Origin: Candidatus Cryptobacteroides sp.
GTDB taxonomy: Bacteria > Bacteroidota > Bacteroidia > Bacteroidales > UBA932
Reading direction: 5' to 3'
Assembly: GCA_045539115.1 (NCBI GenBank)
Contig: JAZQES010000075.1
Span: 46,015 to 110,014 of the forward strand
Length of the DNA stretch: 64,000 nucleotides
Each line of letters opens with the position of its first letter. Within the stretch, counting starts at the first letter, position 1. Under the pieces are notes generated by a model. The model was not told the DNA's origin. It made no database searches and saw only the letters and a list, made by a program, of their open reading frames with translations. Position numbers and translations under genes: made by a program. Positions 49,001 through 58,070 of this stretch are shown in pieces.

Positions 49001-50409
49001 CTATCGCTGACGGAAAGATGCGTCTGAAAGTCAGCAACTTCGATGTTGTCAGACTCGTGCAGAACGTGTATGATGATTTCAGGGATATGTCTGTCGAGAG
49101 ACAGATGGAACTTCGTATCATCAAGTCGGTTGATATGCTGATGGTATGGGGAGACGCCATGAGGCTTGAGGCTCTTGTATATAATCTTCTTTCCAATGCG
49201 TTCAAGTATACATCCGACGGTGGAAAGATTGAAGTCGGTGTGCTTTACCGTGAAGGAGAACAGGATTTCCGTATCATGGTGAAGGACAATGGCATAGGGG
49301 TTCCGAAGCAGAATGTTAAGAGGATTTTCGAGCCGTTTACAAAAGGTGATGTGTCTGCTTTCCGTGGTATGGCAAGCAGCGGTATCGGCCTGTCGTTCTG
49401 CAAGGAGATCACTGACATGCATGGCGGTGAGATATGGGTTGAGAGCGGTTCTGAGACCGGCTCGAAATTCTTTGTAAGGCTTCCTGTAGGCAAGGAAAGA
49501 TTCAGTGAGGATACCGTTCAGTTCATCGGAAATGAGGCTGAGTCTGCCGCTGCCGGTCAGTATGGCCTTGGAAGATACAAGAGGGAGGTGGAACATCCTG
49601 ATGGGGCCCTGAAGGTACTTGTCGCTGAGGATAATGCCGAATTGAAGGTGTTCATATATAACAGCCTTGTCGACAAATATGATGTAAGGGATGCTTCCAA
49701 CGGAAAGGAAGCCTTGGATATCATTTCTTCCGGATGGATGCCTGACCTGATCGTCACGGACCTCATGATGCCGGAAATGGATGGAATAGAACTTGTGAAC
49801 CATATCCGCAATGACTTTGATACCAGTCATATACCAGTTGTGGTCATAACAGCAAAACATGAAGATGACACTCATCTGAAAGCGATGAAATATGGCGCTG
49901 ACGGTTATATATCGAAGCCGTTCAGTATGGAACTTCTTCTTGCGAGAATCGAGAATATGCTTGAGAGAAGGAAGACGCTTATCTCCAAGTTGTCCCGGCA
50001 GTATCATGTGGAGGAACATAAGGACAGGAAGGTCAGGAAGATAGAGATTTCGCCGGAAGAGATTGTCATTACGGACAAGGATGAGCAGTTGATCAAAAAG
50101 GTCATGACATGGCTTGAAGAGAATGTTGCCGATGCGGAGGTCACTGTCGAGCAACTTGCCACATATCTCGGAATGGGACGTACTTCCATGTACAACAAGA
50201 TCAAGGGTCTTACCGGAAAGTCTCCGGTGGAACTGATTCAGGAGTTCCGTCTGGAGAAGGCCAAGTACTATCTCAGGAGCGGGCAGTATTCTGTATCAGA
50301 GACTTCCTACAAGGTCGGATTCTCTGATCCGGGCTATTTCAGCAGGAGTTTCAAGAAGCATTTCGGAATATCTCCTGCTGATTATATCAAACGGAATTCC
50401 ACAAAATGA
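46096..50409 (+). CDS. Hybrid two-component system (propeller sensor, HisKA, HATPase, REC, AraC HTH)
   Basis: Reg_prop/YYY repeats, TM segment, FTNVSHELRTPLT, NLLSNAFKY, DNGIG, GIGL, DLMMPEMDG and KVGFSDPGYFSRSFKK. Confidence 0.97.
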   Translation: MKSSAKEILIAALVVLAGTVFHEMKAEPLEFIYEHYSSDDGLPHNSICDIHQDKRGYLWLCTWYGLSRYDGNTFVNYTMKPGDYSNLSHNRILSVEEDMEGYLWVTAYDYHLYRFDVDSEVFVSIPGDLEGLEPVNAKVDNLLCSSNGDVWASFSGFGLLRISPDLEYTSYFGGSESLGREITSIHEDSEGTVYAVSETGITMFRDGQVSLLSRNDEVLSFAEFDGKLFFVSPDQMLAVDMVTREQNNMDLSSLGLGNAAAMTITGDRLFVGFHDGAVASLDAVSMRLSPHTADMGRVRYLFPDPEGLLWIATERTGIWYFDSDNDRFRHFEHPNNVMSYYVDTLARVETRGDRTWIKMNNWGFGYYDRCCDDIVPLNNVKEQEGSLFMNGVACFDIDASGVLWMSTVGRGLERVMLIAPKVDVLDPPTRYDDQLSSSEVRAMLKDSKGQLWAATKSRELFRYSSDLSSCRRFPDSESGDIGVIYSIFEDSDGNIWLGTKGDGLIRMTPEGNGYSWKRFRKDLARNNALTSNNIYSIEQDKDGRIWIGTYGGGIAMLTDPDSDAFVTVRNNFPDYPQELGDRVRYLHCMPDGRMLVATVSGLIMFEPSDSPELTTFTMITKIPGDRHSLGNNDVIHMFTDSKGCTWLSTFGGGLNRLYFEGDLPRFEIISTDDGLASNIVHSATEDHDGVIWLATESGLSSYDPESSSVRNFTKYDGISPTSFSEATCASLDDGSVVFGTTDDIYRIYPENFESTRKDSRIVISGLNIDGVRTPFSDQIVIPHDCSFFRIDFASLDFGAGADKNFSYILEGYDKKWITDPGINRVTYSRIPPGNYVFKVREAGADGSSDDSVASIKVRVKPSVWATVPALVIYVLLGLGLLALLLKIISTSVKLRNNVRVEKSLNEIKGRFFTNVSHELRTPLTLILGGIDEISRKTPDGDPVEYSVNMVQKNARRMLTLVNQLLDTRSIADGKMRLKVSNFDVVRLVQNVYDDFRDMSVERQMELRIIKSVDMLMVWGDAMRLEALVYNLLSNAFKYTSDGGKIEVGVLYREGEQDFRIMVKDNGIGVPKQNVKRIFEPFTKGDVSAFRGMASSGIGLSFCKEITDMHGGEIWVESGSETGSKFFVRLPVGKERFSEDTVQFIGNEAESAAAGQYGLGRYKREVEHPDGALKVLVAEDNAELKVFIYNSLVDKYDVRDASNGKEALDIISSGWMPDLIVTDLMMPEMDGIELVNHIRNDFDTSHIPVVVITAKHEDDTHLKAMKYGADGYISKPFSMELLLARIENMLERRKTLISKLSRQYHVEEHKDRKVRKIEISPEEIVITDKDEQLIKKVMTWLEENVADAEVTVEQLATYLGMGRTSMYNKIKGLTGKSPVELIQEFRLEKAKYYLRSGQYSVSETSYKVGFSDPGYFSRSFKKHFGISPADYIKRNSTK

Positions 50410-50425
50410 TGAAACCTATACTGTT

Positions 50426-52786
50426 ATGAATAAAAGACTTTACATGCTTCTGGCTGCGGTTCTGTTTACTTTTGCAGCGATGGCCCAGCCTCCATATTCC
50501 GTATGGATGATTCAGTCGGAGATGAAGAGGAATCCCGATGCTACATATCTGGACGGTAGAAATGGAGAAAGAAAATGGAACTATACTACAGGTCTTGAAC
50601 TCAAGTCTTTCCTTGATGCGGCCAAGAGATATGAACTTCCTGAGGCTGTGGATTATGTGCGTGCCTGGGCTGATACTATGGCTACGGAAAAGGGCGTTGT
50701 CTATAAATACAAGAAGTCCAACTACAATGTGGACCATATATGCCCTGCACGCATATATTTCGACCTTCATGACATGTATGGCGATCAGGACAAGAGGTAT
50801 CGCCGCGTGACCAGGATGATACGCGAACAGATTGATGATCAGCCTCGTACGAAGTCAGGAGAGTTCTGGCACAAGCAGATATATCCTCATCAGGTGTGGC
50901 TCGACGGATTTTACATGGCCCTGCCGTTCTATGCGGAATATACGAAGAGATATGCTCCGAAGGAGCAGAGGGATTCACTTTTCGCAGATATCGTGCATCA
51001 GTTCACTGCTGGTGCTGAGAATACATTCGATCCTGCGACCGGACTTTTCCGTCATGCATGGGACGAATCGCGCTCAATGTTCTGGTGTGACCCTGAGACC
51101 GGACTCTCTGAGCATGCATGGGGACGTGCTACGGGCTGGTATGCCGTCGCTCTGGTAGAGGTCCTGGATTATCTTCCCAAGAACCATCCCGGCAGAAATG
51201 AACTGATCTCACAGTTGAACTATTTCCTTGAAGTGCTTCCCAAGTGGGCTGACAAGGAGACAGGAATGTGGTATCAGGTGCTTGACTGTCCCGACCGTGA
51301 AGGCAATTATCAGGAGGCGACATGCTCGATAATGTTCATCTATGCCTTCCTAAAAGGCTTGAGGATGGAATATATAGATGACTCTCATAGGGACTATATC
51401 CTTGGCCTGTATCCTAAGTTCATCAAACGCTTCACCCGCTTCAACGATGATGGAACCATCTCTATGACTGACTGCTGTTCTGTCGGCGGCCTTGGCGGAA
51501 AGCAGATGAGAAAGGGTGATTTCGCCTACTATCTCAGCGAACCTGTGATTGAAAACGACTGCAAGGGCGTGGGTCCTTTCATCTGGGCGTCACTCGAGTG
51601 GGAAGCCATGCATAACATCGAATATTTTCCGTATGAGGAGCGTCCGGTGGCCTTCGAAGGAGCGGAGGGCTGCGGAAAACATGCCATAGGAGGCCGTGGG
51701 GGCAGGGAATATGTGGTCACATCACTTGCTGATGACGGTTCGGAAGGTACATTGCGTCATGCTGTCGAAGCGGAAGGCCCTCGTATAGTCACATTTGCAG
51801 TAAGCGGTGACATATGTCTCGAATCTCCGCTGAATGTGACGAATCCTTATATATCCATATTGGGAGAAACAGCACCTGGCAAGGGAATAACCATCCGTGA
51901 CCATAATATGTTCATTGAGGCCGATCATACAATCGTCAGATATATCAGGTTCCGTCTCGGATCCAAGGCTGCAGTAGAGGCGGACGCTTTGGGGGCGAAG
52001 AGATGCAGCAACATCATCATCGACCACTGCTCGATCAGTTGGGCGGTCGATGAAAATGCCTCCTTTTATAATATAAATGACGCTACGGTGCAGTGGTGCA
52101 TCATTTCGGAGGCTCTGAATGCATCTGTACACCATAAGGGACAGCATGGCTATGGCGGAATATGGGGAGGCAGGAACGTGACTTTCCACCATAATCTCTT
52201 TGCCCATAACAACAGCCGCAATCCACGTTTCGACCATCCGCGCATATACAGCGGTGCCGAACTTCTGACCGGCAGGGGAACGGTGGATTTTGTGAACAAC
52301 GTCGTCTATAACTGGGGCATGAAGGCAATCTACGGCGGTGAAGAGGGCTGGTTCAATGTGGAAGGCAATTATTTCCGTCCCGGTCCTGCAACAAGACATC
52401 TTGACGGAGAGTGGCTGGATATCAGCACTTCCGAGACTACATCCATGATTCCTGGCAAATTCTACATCGAAGATAATTTCTATGATGTCTCTGCTGTCGC
52501 AAAAGGCGGGTTTGAGGGTGAAATGCCTGATACGGAGAAGATCGAATGGTGGGAAGACAGATATGAAGATGTGTCTGTGAGTACACCTTTTGCTATAAAG
52601 GTCCCATATAATCATCAGGAGGCTTCAAAGGCATATAAGGAGGTTCTTGAATGTGCCGGAGCGTCGAAGAAACGTGATGCCGTGGACAAGCGTATTGTGA
52701 AAGAAGTCAGGAAAGGTACTGCGTCCTGCAAAGGCTCTGTCACCGGCCTTCCCGGAATCATCGATTCTGAAAATGATGTGAGATGA
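50426..52786 (+). CDS. Fusion of GH105 unsaturated (rhamno)galacturonyl hydrolase and PL1 pectate lyase
   Basis: N-terminal about 400 aa: WNYTTG, NVDHI, HQVWLDGFYM, HAWDE, WGRATGW and KGVGPFI. C-terminal: AFEGAEG.G..A.GGRGG, IIDHCSISW, HGYGGIWGG, HHNL and RNPRF. Confidence 0.92.
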   Translation: MNKRLYMLLAAVLFTFAAMAQPPYSVWMIQSEMKRNPDATYLDGRNGERKWNYTTGLELKSFLDAAKRYELPEAVDYVRAWADTMATEKGVVYKYKKSNYNVDHICPARIYFDLHDMYGDQDKRYRRVTRMIREQIDDQPRTKSGEFWHKQIYPHQVWLDGFYMALPFYAEYTKRYAPKEQRDSLFADIVHQFTAGAENTFDPATGLFRHAWDESRSMFWCDPETGLSEHAWGRATGWYAVALVEVLDYLPKNHPGRNELISQLNYFLEVLPKWADKETGMWYQVLDCPDREGNYQEATCSIMFIYAFLKGLRMEYIDDSHRDYILGLYPKFIKRFTRFNDDGTISMTDCCSVGGLGGKQMRKGDFAYYLSEPVIENDCKGVGPFIWASLEWEAMHNIEYFPYEERPVAFEGAEGCGKHAIGGRGGREYVVTSLADDGSEGTLRHAVEAEGPRIVTFAVSGDICLESPLNVTNPYISILGETAPGKGITIRDHNMFIEADHTIVRYIRFRLGSKAAVEADALGAKRCSNIIIDHCSISWAVDENASFYNINDATVQWCIISEALNASVHHKGQHGYGGIWGGRNVTFHHNLFAHNNSRNPRFDHPRIYSGAELLTGRGTVDFVNNVVYNWGMKAIYGGEEGWFNVEGNYFRPGPATRHLDGEWLDISTSETTSMIPGKFYIEDNFYDVSAVAKGGFEGEMPDTEKIEWWEDRYEDVSVSTPFAIKVPYNHQEASKAYKEVLECAGASKKRDAVDKRIVKEVRKGTASCKGSVTGLPGIIDSENDVR

Positions 52787-52815
52787 AGAGCATCCTGAAC
52801 GCTAAATCAAAGAAT

Positions 52816-54663
52816 ATGAAACTGAACAGAATACTTGCGTTATCGCTTCTGATCTTATTTGCCGCATGTCATCCTGACGATGTGATTGCACCTGTTGACG
52901 TGACTGTGCCAGAGGGTGTGTCTCTTGACTCATATGATTCCGCTTCCCTTACATTTGTCTGGGATGAGGTCTCGGGAGCGGATTATTATGTAGGACGTCT
53001 GGAAAAGGTCAACGGTGAACTTGTTTCCGGCGGTCAGACCACTACAAAGACAAATTCCCTTACATATAAAGGTCTGGAAGCGGATACGGAGTACATGTTC
53101 AAGGTGAAGGCAAAGGCCGGCAGTCTGGAATCTCCTTATTCTGAAGCGGTTTCGGCTAGGACTGCTGCCGGTCAGGAACCGGGACCGGGCCAGGATCCGG
53201 GCCAGTATGCCGATTATGATTCGTTCAAGATTCCTTCTTATGAAGATGAACATGGCAAGACTCTGGCATTCCCTGGCGCTGAAGGCGGCGGAATGTATGT
53301 GACAGGAGGCCGTGGAGGCAAGGTGATACATGTGACGAATCTGAATGATTCGGGAGCAGGCTCCCTTCGCGCTGCGCTTGCCCAATCAGGGCCAAGGATC
53401 ATTGTCTTTGATGTAGCCGGTGTGATAGAACTCAAATCGACCCTCGGCATCAAGTCCGGTGATGTTACGATTGCAGGTCAGACTGCTCCGGGAGACGGAA
53501 TATGTCTGAAAAACTATGCTACGCAACTCTCTGCGAGCAATGTCATCATCCGTTTCGTCCGTTTCCGTATGGGTGACGAGGCCAAGCAGGAAAATGATGC
53601 GATTTGGGGACGTTACAATGAAAATGTCATCCTTGACCATTGCTCAATGTCCTGGTCGACGGACGAATGTGCTTCGTTTTATGCGAACAGCAATTTCACC
53701 ATGCAGTGGTGCATACTGACGGAGAGCCTGCGTAATTCCGTGCACGGCAAGGGAAAGCACGGATATGGAGGCATATGGGGCGGAAAGGATGCATCCTTCC
53801 ATCATAATCTCCTCTCCGACCACGACAGCAGGAATCCTCGTATCGATCATCCGCAGATATATGGTGATTATGTCTCCACTCATCGAGGAAATGTCGATTA
53901 CAGGAACAATGCCGTATTTAACTGGGGCTCCAATTCCACTTATGGCGGCGAGGACGGCTGGTTCAATATCGTCAATAATTATTATAAGCCGGGTCCTGCT
54001 TCGAAGAATGTGAATTATTTCGTTGATGCGTACGGCTCATATGTCAAGGACGGTACCGTATATGCCGACAGTTATCCGGAACTTTATATGTCCGGAAATG
54101 TCCATACAGGCAACGCGGACATTACGGCAGCCAATGATGCAAGCGCCATCTACTGGCATAACGGAGATTCCTATGGCAATTACAATACCTTGGTCACATC
54201 TCCACATTCGATCAAGGGACCGTCACAGGAAGATGTCTATACGACCACTCATTCTGCTGAAGATGCATTTGCTCTGATCTGCGAGGTGGCCGGTGCTTCG
54301 CTTTCACGTGATTCAGTTGATGAACGTGCATGTTCGGACGCAAAGAACGGCAAGGTGACTTTTGCTGACGGCGGCAACGGTTCGAAGAACGGAATCATCG
54401 ACACCCAGGGTGCTGTCGGCGGATGGCCTTCATATGAGGCTTCGGACGATGAAAGGGAGGCGGTAAAGGATTCTGATTCCGACGGTATGCCTGACTGGTT
54501 CGAAGAACAGTTCGGTCTGGACAAGTCTGACGCTTCTGACGGCAACTCGAAAACTCTTGACCGATACTCGAGATACACCAATCTGGAAATGTATCTCCAT
54601 TATCTTGTCCGTGACATAGTCAGCAGACAGAACTCTGGCGGCACATATCAAAAAATGTCGTGA
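52816..54663 (+). CDS. PL1 pectate lyase lipoprotein with N-terminal FN3 domain
   Basis: Start MKLNRIL (52816), lipobox FAAC, FN3 domain, PG-rich linker, AFPGAEGGG, LDHCSMSW, RNPR and a C-terminal DSDSDGMPDWFE Ca-binding-like tail. Confidence 0.93.
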   Translation: MKLNRILALSLLILFAACHPDDVIAPVDVTVPEGVSLDSYDSASLTFVWDEVSGADYYVGRLEKVNGELVSGGQTTTKTNSLTYKGLEADTEYMFKVKAKAGSLESPYSEAVSARTAAGQEPGPGQDPGQYADYDSFKIPSYEDEHGKTLAFPGAEGGGMYVTGGRGGKVIHVTNLNDSGAGSLRAALAQSGPRIIVFDVAGVIELKSTLGIKSGDVTIAGQTAPGDGICLKNYATQLSASNVIIRFVRFRMGDEAKQENDAIWGRYNENVILDHCSMSWSTDECASFYANSNFTMQWCILTESLRNSVHGKGKHGYGGIWGGKDASFHHNLLSDHDSRNPRIDHPQIYGDYVSTHRGNVDYRNNAVFNWGSNSTYGGEDGWFNIVNNYYKPGPASKNVNYFVDAYGSYVKDGTVYADSYPELYMSGNVHTGNADITAANDASAIYWHNGDSYGNYNTLVTSPHSIKGPSQEDVYTTTHSAEDAFALICEVAGASLSRDSVDERACSDAKNGKVTFADGGNGSKNGIIDTQGAVGGWPSYEASDDEREAVKDSDSDGMPDWFEEQFGLDKSDASDGNSKTLDRYSRYTNLEMYLHYLVRDIVSRQNSGGTYQKMS

Positions 54664-54675
54664 ACGGGCACGGAA
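54656..54675. promoter_or_regulatory. Second copy of the LacI-type operator, upstream of susC
   Basis: TGTCGTGAACGGGCACGGAA matches 18624-18643 at 18 of 20 positions and overlaps the PL1 stop codon. Confidence 0.75.
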
Positions 54676-54842
54676 ATTCATCCCGTTGTCAAAAAATACA
54701 AATAATGCGATAAAATTTACCTATTGTCTAGCAGGATAATAGGTATTTTCGCATTATGATAATTGTCCCCTGGCGTGTCTGGGGAGTTGAAAAGGCAAAA
54801 TCATAAACAATAACACCAAATACTAACCAAACAAATTCTTTT

Positions 54843-57800
54843 ATGAAAAATCTGACATACAAGATTTCTCTGCTGATCTTGGGGCTTTTCGCTGCAGGCC
54901 TTGCCGCGAATGCTCAACAGATCAAAGGTGTCGTGTCAGACGTCAATGGAGATCCGCTGATAGGCGTATCCGTTTTCGTGGACGGCACAACGTTAGGAGT
55001 TTCGACAGGAGTTGATGGTTCTTATGCCATAGACATTCCTGATGCCAAAGGAAAGACTCTGATCTTTTCGATGATCGGACTCGCTGAAAAGAGAGTCACG
55101 ATAGGCAATGCAGTTGTCATTGATGTCGTGCTTGAAGAAGATGCGAACTTCCTTGACGAGACTGTGGTCATCGGTTATGCGACAGTGAAACGTCGTGACC
55201 TGATGGGTTCCGTTTCATCGGTTGACAACAAGTCTCTCACACAGGTTCCGGTCGCTTCAGTCACTGAGGCCCTCTCCGGAAGAATGGCCGGTGTCCAGGT
55301 CACTGCAACCGAAGGTGATCCTGATGCTGAAATCAAGATCCGTGTCAGAGGTGGCGGTTCCATCACGCAGGACTCATCTCCTCTCTATATCGTTGACGGC
55401 TTCCCTGTGGAAAGCATATCTGACATCCCTGCATCGGACATCCAGTCTATCGATGTCCTCAAGGATGCCTTCTCGACAGCGATCTACGGTTCACGCGGTG
55501 CGAATGGTGTGGTTCTCGTGACAACCAAGTCAGGCGCTGCTGGCAAGATATCGGTAAGTTATAACGTGTATTATGGCCAGAAGAAGATGGCCAACAAGGA
55601 TGCCATCCAGGTGATGTCTCCTGAGGAGTTTGTGAAACTCCAGTGGGAACTCGGCGTCCTCAACGGCGATCTCGATGACGAGTATATCCCTGCTTACGGT
55701 GCTTGGGAAGATATGGACCAGTATGCAGGCATGCAGGCGAATGACTGGGTGCAGCAGGTATTCGGACGTACAGGAACTACCTTCAATCATAACCTTTCGG
55801 TTTCAGGAAGTTCCGACAAGGTGAAATGGACTGCAAGTTACGCCCACATCGGTGACAACGCCATCATGCTCGGTTCGGACTATAAGAGAGATAACCTCAA
55901 CTTCAAGACCCAGTACAAGCCGATCAAGCAGTTGACATTCGACATCAACGCAAGATATTCACGTACAGTTGTAATGGGAGCAGGTTCGAACTCTATCAAT
56001 GACTCGGGTTCGACATCAGGTACATCTGCGCGTCTGAAACATGCCGTACAGTATACTCCGATCCCTGTTACAGGAGCAACTTCTGATTCCGACCTCGCAG
56101 AGGACTATGGCGACAATGCTCCGCCTCTCCAGTCAGTGGCAGATAATGACCGCAGAAGAATCCGTGAAAACTGGACACTCAACGGTGCTGTGACATGGCA
56201 TATCATCAAGAACCTCAACCTCAAGGTTGAAGGCGGTCTTGACAACTATTCACAGGAAGACAACCGTTTCTACGGTCTTACCACATACTATGTAGGAAAT
56301 ACTGCGACAATCAAGAACCAGCCTGCAAACCTTTACAGCAACAATTTCAGGAACAAGTATCGCAATACCAACACATTGAGTTACAACTTCTCCGAGGTGT
56401 TCGCAAATGACAGCCATAAACTTGACATTCTCCTCGGACAGGAGTTCATCCTCACCAAGTCAAACACTCTTTCATCAACAGTCGAGGGATTCCCTACATT
56501 CTTTGACTCTCAGATGGCTTGGAACTTCATGGCTTCCGGTACTGCAGTCGCTTCAAACAACTATTTCAATGCCGATGACAAACTGCTGTCATTCTTCGGC
56601 CGTGTGAACTACGACTATGATTCGAGATACTCGATTTCTGCTACAGTACGTGCCGACGGTTCGTCAAAGTTCGCGGCAGGCAACCAGTGGGGTATCTTCC
56701 CTTCAGCAGCAGCGTCATGGACAATCTCCAACGAGCCTTGGATGGAAAATGCTTCTTCATGGCTAGACAACCTCAAACTCCGTTACAGTTACGGTACAGC
56801 AGGTAACAACAACATCCCTACCGGAGTGTCATCAATGACATTCTCGGCAAATGCCACAACATGGCTTTCAAACACAGACACATACTGGACTACTACAAAG
56901 GTCGGCGGAAAGACCATCATGCCTAATCCTGACCTTACATGGGAGACTACAATTTCTCATAACCTCGGTCTCGACCTCTCTCTCTTCCAGGGTCGTGTGA
57001 ACGCTACGTTCGAACTTTATCACAATACCACAAAGGACCTCCTCATCCAGTTCCCAACTGCCGGTTCGGGATATGACTATCAGTATCAGAACATCGGTTC
57101 GACTCAGAACCGCGGTTTCGAGGCTTCGCTCAACTTCGTACTCCTTGAAAAGAAGAATTTCGGCCTCACTCTCGGAGCGAACATCAGTTTGAACGAGAAC
57201 AAGGTTGTCAGCCTCGGTGGTCTTGACAGGATCGATTCAGAGTCTATGTGGGCTTCGACTGAAATCGGACCGGATTACGTTGTCCTTCCTGGACAGCCTC
57301 TCGGCCAGATGTACGGATATGAAGTTGAAGGACGTTATGCAGCAAGCGACTTCACATATGACGGAAAGAAATGGGTAGCGAATGAAGGAGTGGTAGATGC
57401 TTCTACACTTGTCGGATCGAACTATTTCGGCCCAGGTTCCGTAAAACTCAAGGATCAGAACGGTGACGGCAAGATTGACGCTACCGACAAGACAGTGATC
57501 GGTAACGCACTTCCTCTCGGAACAGGAGGTTTCAACCTTTCAGGTTATCTTTACGGATTTGACTTCTCTGCAAACTTCAACTATGTGTTCGGAAACGACA
57601 TCTACAACGCAAACAAGATAGAGTTCTCACATTCAAGAAAATACAAGAAACGTAATCTTCTCAGTTCTATGTCAGTTGATCAGAGATGGACAAACGTGGA
57701 CTGGGCGACAGGTGAGCAGATCACAGACCCTGCTGTTCTCGATGAACTCAATGCAGGCACTACAATGTGGTCTCCAGCATGCCAGAATGCGATCTTTACA

Positions 57801-58064
57801 GACTGGGCTGTGGAGGACGGTTCATTCCTCCGTCTGACATCTGCGACAATCGGTTACACTCTTCCGCAGAAGTGGACCATGAAGATCAAGATGCAGAAAC
57901 TCCGTTTCTATGTGACAGGAACCAACCTCTTCTGTCTTACAAATTATTCCGGTTACGATCCTGAGGTCGACACACGTCGAAGCACACCTCTTACACCGGG
58001 TGTCGACTATGCAGCATATCCAAAGAGCATAGGTTGGGACGTAGGTGCTAACATTACCTTCTAA
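54843..58064 (+). CDS. SusC/RagA TonB-dependent transporter
   Basis: CarbopepD_reg-like N-terminus, LDETVVIGY, IRVRGGGS, PLYIVDG, DVLKDAFSTAIYGSRGANGVVLVTTK, LKLRYSYG, LTWETT, VEDGSFLRL and a C-terminal F. Confidence 0.98.
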   Translation: MKNLTYKISLLILGLFAAGLAANAQQIKGVVSDVNGDPLIGVSVFVDGTTLGVSTGVDGSYAIDIPDAKGKTLIFSMIGLAEKRVTIGNAVVIDVVLEEDANFLDETVVIGYATVKRRDLMGSVSSVDNKSLTQVPVASVTEALSGRMAGVQVTATEGDPDAEIKIRVRGGGSITQDSSPLYIVDGFPVESISDIPASDIQSIDVLKDAFSTAIYGSRGANGVVLVTTKSGAAGKISVSYNVYYGQKKMANKDAIQVMSPEEFVKLQWELGVLNGDLDDEYIPAYGAWEDMDQYAGMQANDWVQQVFGRTGTTFNHNLSVSGSSDKVKWTASYAHIGDNAIMLGSDYKRDNLNFKTQYKPIKQLTFDINARYSRTVVMGAGSNSINDSGSTSGTSARLKHAVQYTPIPVTGATSDSDLAEDYGDNAPPLQSVADNDRRRIRENWTLNGAVTWHIIKNLNLKVEGGLDNYSQEDNRFYGLTTYYVGNTATIKNQPANLYSNNFRNKYRNTNTLSYNFSEVFANDSHKLDILLGQEFILTKSNTLSSTVEGFPTFFDSQMAWNFMASGTAVASNNYFNADDKLLSFFGRVNYDYDSRYSISATVRADGSSKFAAGNQWGIFPSAAASWTISNEPWMENASSWLDNLKLRYSYGTAGNNNIPTGVSSMTFSANATTWLSNTDTYWTTTKVGGKTIMPNPDLTWETTISHNLGLDLSLFQGRVNATFELYHNTTKDLLIQFPTAGSGYDYQYQNIGSTQNRGFEASLNFVLLEKKNFGLTLGANISLNENKVVSLGGLDRIDSESMWASTEIGPDYVVLPGQPLGQMYGYEVEGRYAASDFTYDGKKWVANEGVVDASTLVGSNYFGPGSVKLKDQNGDGKIDATDKTVIGNALPLGTGGFNLSGYLYGFDFSANFNYVFGNDIYNANKIEFSHSRKYKKRNLLSSMSVDQRWTNVDWATGEQITDPAVLDELNAGTTMWSPACQNAIFTDWAVEDGSFLRLTSATIGYTLPQKWTMKIKMQKLRFYVTGTNLFCLTNYSGYDPEVDTRRSTPLTPGVDYAAYPKSIGWDVGANITF

Positions 58065-58070
58065 AACTGA

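Noticed and set aside
48775-50154. 459-aa minus-strand ORF
   Set aside because: It lies entirely antisense to the HTCS and has no recognisable motif; a shadow ORF from codon bias.
51722-52615. 297-aa minus-strand ORF, and similar long antisense ORFs at 6480-7301, 37145-37957, 40248-41021 and 16733-17452
   Set aside because: All are antisense to well-supported genes and have no family motifs.
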